Shown one piece after another: positions 62,376-63,753 of a stretch of 63,753 bases of DNA; the stretch's first letter is position 1, and each line of letters starts with the position of its first letter. This DNA comes from Candidatus Nanoarchaeia archaeon (GTDB taxonomy: Archaea > Nanobdellota > Nanobdellia > Woesearchaeales > JAQUVJ01): contig JAQUVJ010000002.1 of NCBI GenBank assembly GCA_028693395.1, forward strand, positions 1-63,753. The letters are read 5' to 3'. The notes below the pieces were generated by a model. That model made no database searches and was not told where the DNA came from. It saw nothing but the letters and a program-made list of their open reading frames with translations. Both the position numbers and the translations under genes were made by a program.

Positions 62376-63278
62376 ATGAAATATTTTGTTTATGATATTA
62401 AGAATGAAGAATTTATTTTTACGACGACTTCTTTTAAAGATAAAATTTTTCCCGATCTGGTTTTTCCTGGTTGGCATAACTTTAATTATTGTGTTCCTAA
62501 TAGTACTTATTATACTCCATATATGATTTATCTTGAAAAATACAAATACATTAGACTTGCATTTGGTAAGAATTATCATATTAGATTAAATGAGCTTGCA
62601 CATTGTATTAATGATTATCAAAAAAATAAATTAAAAAGATTTATTATTATTGATTCTTTTGATCGAGTTATTCATGCTGATGTATTTAGAAATATATTTA
62701 TTGAAAATTATAATAATGGTTATTATAATGATAGATTTTATAATAAAATTTCTCAAAATATGATATTTAACAAACGAAAAAGGAATTATATTAAAGCTAT
62801 AAATGCAAACCAAGAAGGAAATGAAATTAAATTTTATAGTAATTATTGGAAATGTGATAAATTGACATATTCTTTTAGAAATGATTCTGTTCCTGGAATT
62901 CGTCATAGTAAGAATTATCATCATTTTAGAAAAGTTAGAACTTTAAATGAACTTAAAAATGTATTTGACGAAAAAGATTTAAATTCTCAACTTGATGAAT
63001 TTATTAAAGATGATTCGTTGCTTGAATGGTCAGACGATAGTGAAATTATTGAAAAAGAATATAATTATGAAGATTATAATATTAAAACATCACCAAATTT
63101 TAAAATAGTTGTAAATAAAAGGATTGCTAGAAAAAGAAATATTCCTACATATTGGGATGATGTATATATTCATAATGAAAAGAATTGGAAGCGAAATAGT
63201 AAAGCCAGAAAATCTTGGGGAAAACATATTTTGAAAGGACGTGTAAAAAATATTGAATACAGCGATATTGAGTTATAA
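62376..63278 (+). CDS. hypothetical basic protein
   Basis: 300-aa ORF, AAAGGGG RBS. Confidence 0.65.
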   Translation: MKYFVYDIKNEEFIFTTTSFKDKIFPDLVFPGWHNFNYCVPNSTYYTPYMIYLEKYKYIRLAFGKNYHIRLNELAHCINDYQKNKLKRFIIIDSFDRVIHADVFRNIFIENYNNGYYNDRFYNKISQNMIFNKRKRNYIKAINANQEGNEIKFYSNYWKCDKLTYSFRNDSVPGIRHSKNYHHFRKVRTLNELKNVFDEKDLNSQLDEFIKDDSLLEWSDDSEIIEKEYNYEDYNIKTSPNFKIVVNKRIARKRNIPTYWDDVYIHNEKNWKRNSKARKSWGKHILKGRVKNIEYSDIEL

Positions 63279-63753
63279 TCATATATTAGTTTTACTTGTA
63301 ATTATTATTTTTTCATTTATTGGGTTTGGATTTTTTATATTTAATGCAGTGACAAATACAATGAAATATAATCATAAGCAATTAAAAGATATTCATACTT
63401 CTATATTTGATAATCACATGGAATTAAAAGACCAAATATTACAAAATGAATTAATGATGGATGAAAAAGATTATAAAATAAAAGAAGAACTTAAAAATAA
63501 AATTGAATTAAGATATAAAGATAGTTGTAATTTTGTTTCATCTATTTCAAAGGAAAATAAAGAAAGATTTGATCCATTAGAAAAATTTATACTTGATTTT
63601 TTTGCGGGTGCTAAAAATGATATTCATAAACTATATGAAAATTATGATAAATTAAATGAAAATCATGAATCTTTCGATCAATTAATTAATTATCTAGATA
63701 ATAAAATTGATCACGTTATTGATATATTAGAAAAATATAAAAAAGATGTAATA
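63268..63753 (+). CDS. N-terminally anchored coiled-coil protein, partial (runs off right edge)
   Basis: Open frame to window end; TTG 63268 precedes a TM helix LVLLVIIIFSFIGFGFFIF; start uncertain; same architecture as 36001..36576. Confidence 0.5.
   Translation, partial: MSYNHILVLLVIIIFSFIGFGFFIFNAVTNTMKYNHKQLKDIHTSIFDNHMELKDQILQNELMMDEKDYKIKEELKNKIELRYKDSCNFVSSISKENKERFDPLEKFILDFFAGAKNDIHKLYENYDKLNENHESFDQLINYLDNKIDHVIDILEKYKKDVI

Noticed and set aside
1-63753. An alternative genetic code (TGA or TAG recoding), as seen in some large AT-rich phages
   Set aside because: Long ORFs with intact conserved motifs (ligases, NAMPT, NadR, PARP, porin) are uninterrupted under the standard code, and all three stop codons end genes next to terminators.

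Overview
Very AT-rich, densely packed 63.7-kb segment that looks like part of a large (jumbo-class) phage genome from an AT-rich diderm host.

Recognisable core functions:
- ATP-dependent DNA ligase, RecA/UvsX-like recombinase, Dam-type methylase, MazG-like pyrophosphatase, PC4-like ssDNA binder and an AAA+ ATPase.
- Two RNA ligases (Rnl1 and Rnl2 types).
- Glycine-rich and repeat-bearing tail-fibre-like proteins.
- One tRNA-Leu(UAA).
- An unusually complete NAD+ toolkit: NadR-like plus PnuC at 8.3-10.3 kb, and nicotinamidase plus Prs-like plus NAMPT-like plus NadE at 54.8-58.6 kb.
- A WGR-PARP-like protein next to the ligase.
- A block of host-like envelope genes, including an SLH-domain porin.

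The outstanding feature is 10.26-27.06 kb. Fifteen paralogous self-promoted cassettes lie on the minus strand, each built as TTGACGG, exactly 17 nt, a TGn-extended -10, a conserved hairpin leader and a strong SD. Each cassette is closed by an intrinsic terminator.

Cassette cargo reads as counter-defence or host takeover: DUF1874/AcrIII-1-like ring nuclease, ArdA-like protein, two orphan HicA-like toxins, a J-domain protein, an AT-hook protein, a DUF6011 protein and acidic mini-proteins.

Interleaved with the cassettes are non-coding elements that ORFs do not explain:
- A GC-rich palindromic box (CCACCCGGGCC) that brackets inserted modules.
- Three copies of a ~240-nt hairpin-containing element.
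- CRISPR-repeat-like solitary units.
- Palindromic operator-like sites.
- A TAGAGC mosaic minisatellite.
- A ~900-bp iteron/direct-repeat hub with a consensus promoter.

No integrase, transposase, reverse transcriptase, cas gene or rRNA is visible. All functional calls rest on motif recognition by eye, because no searches could be run.
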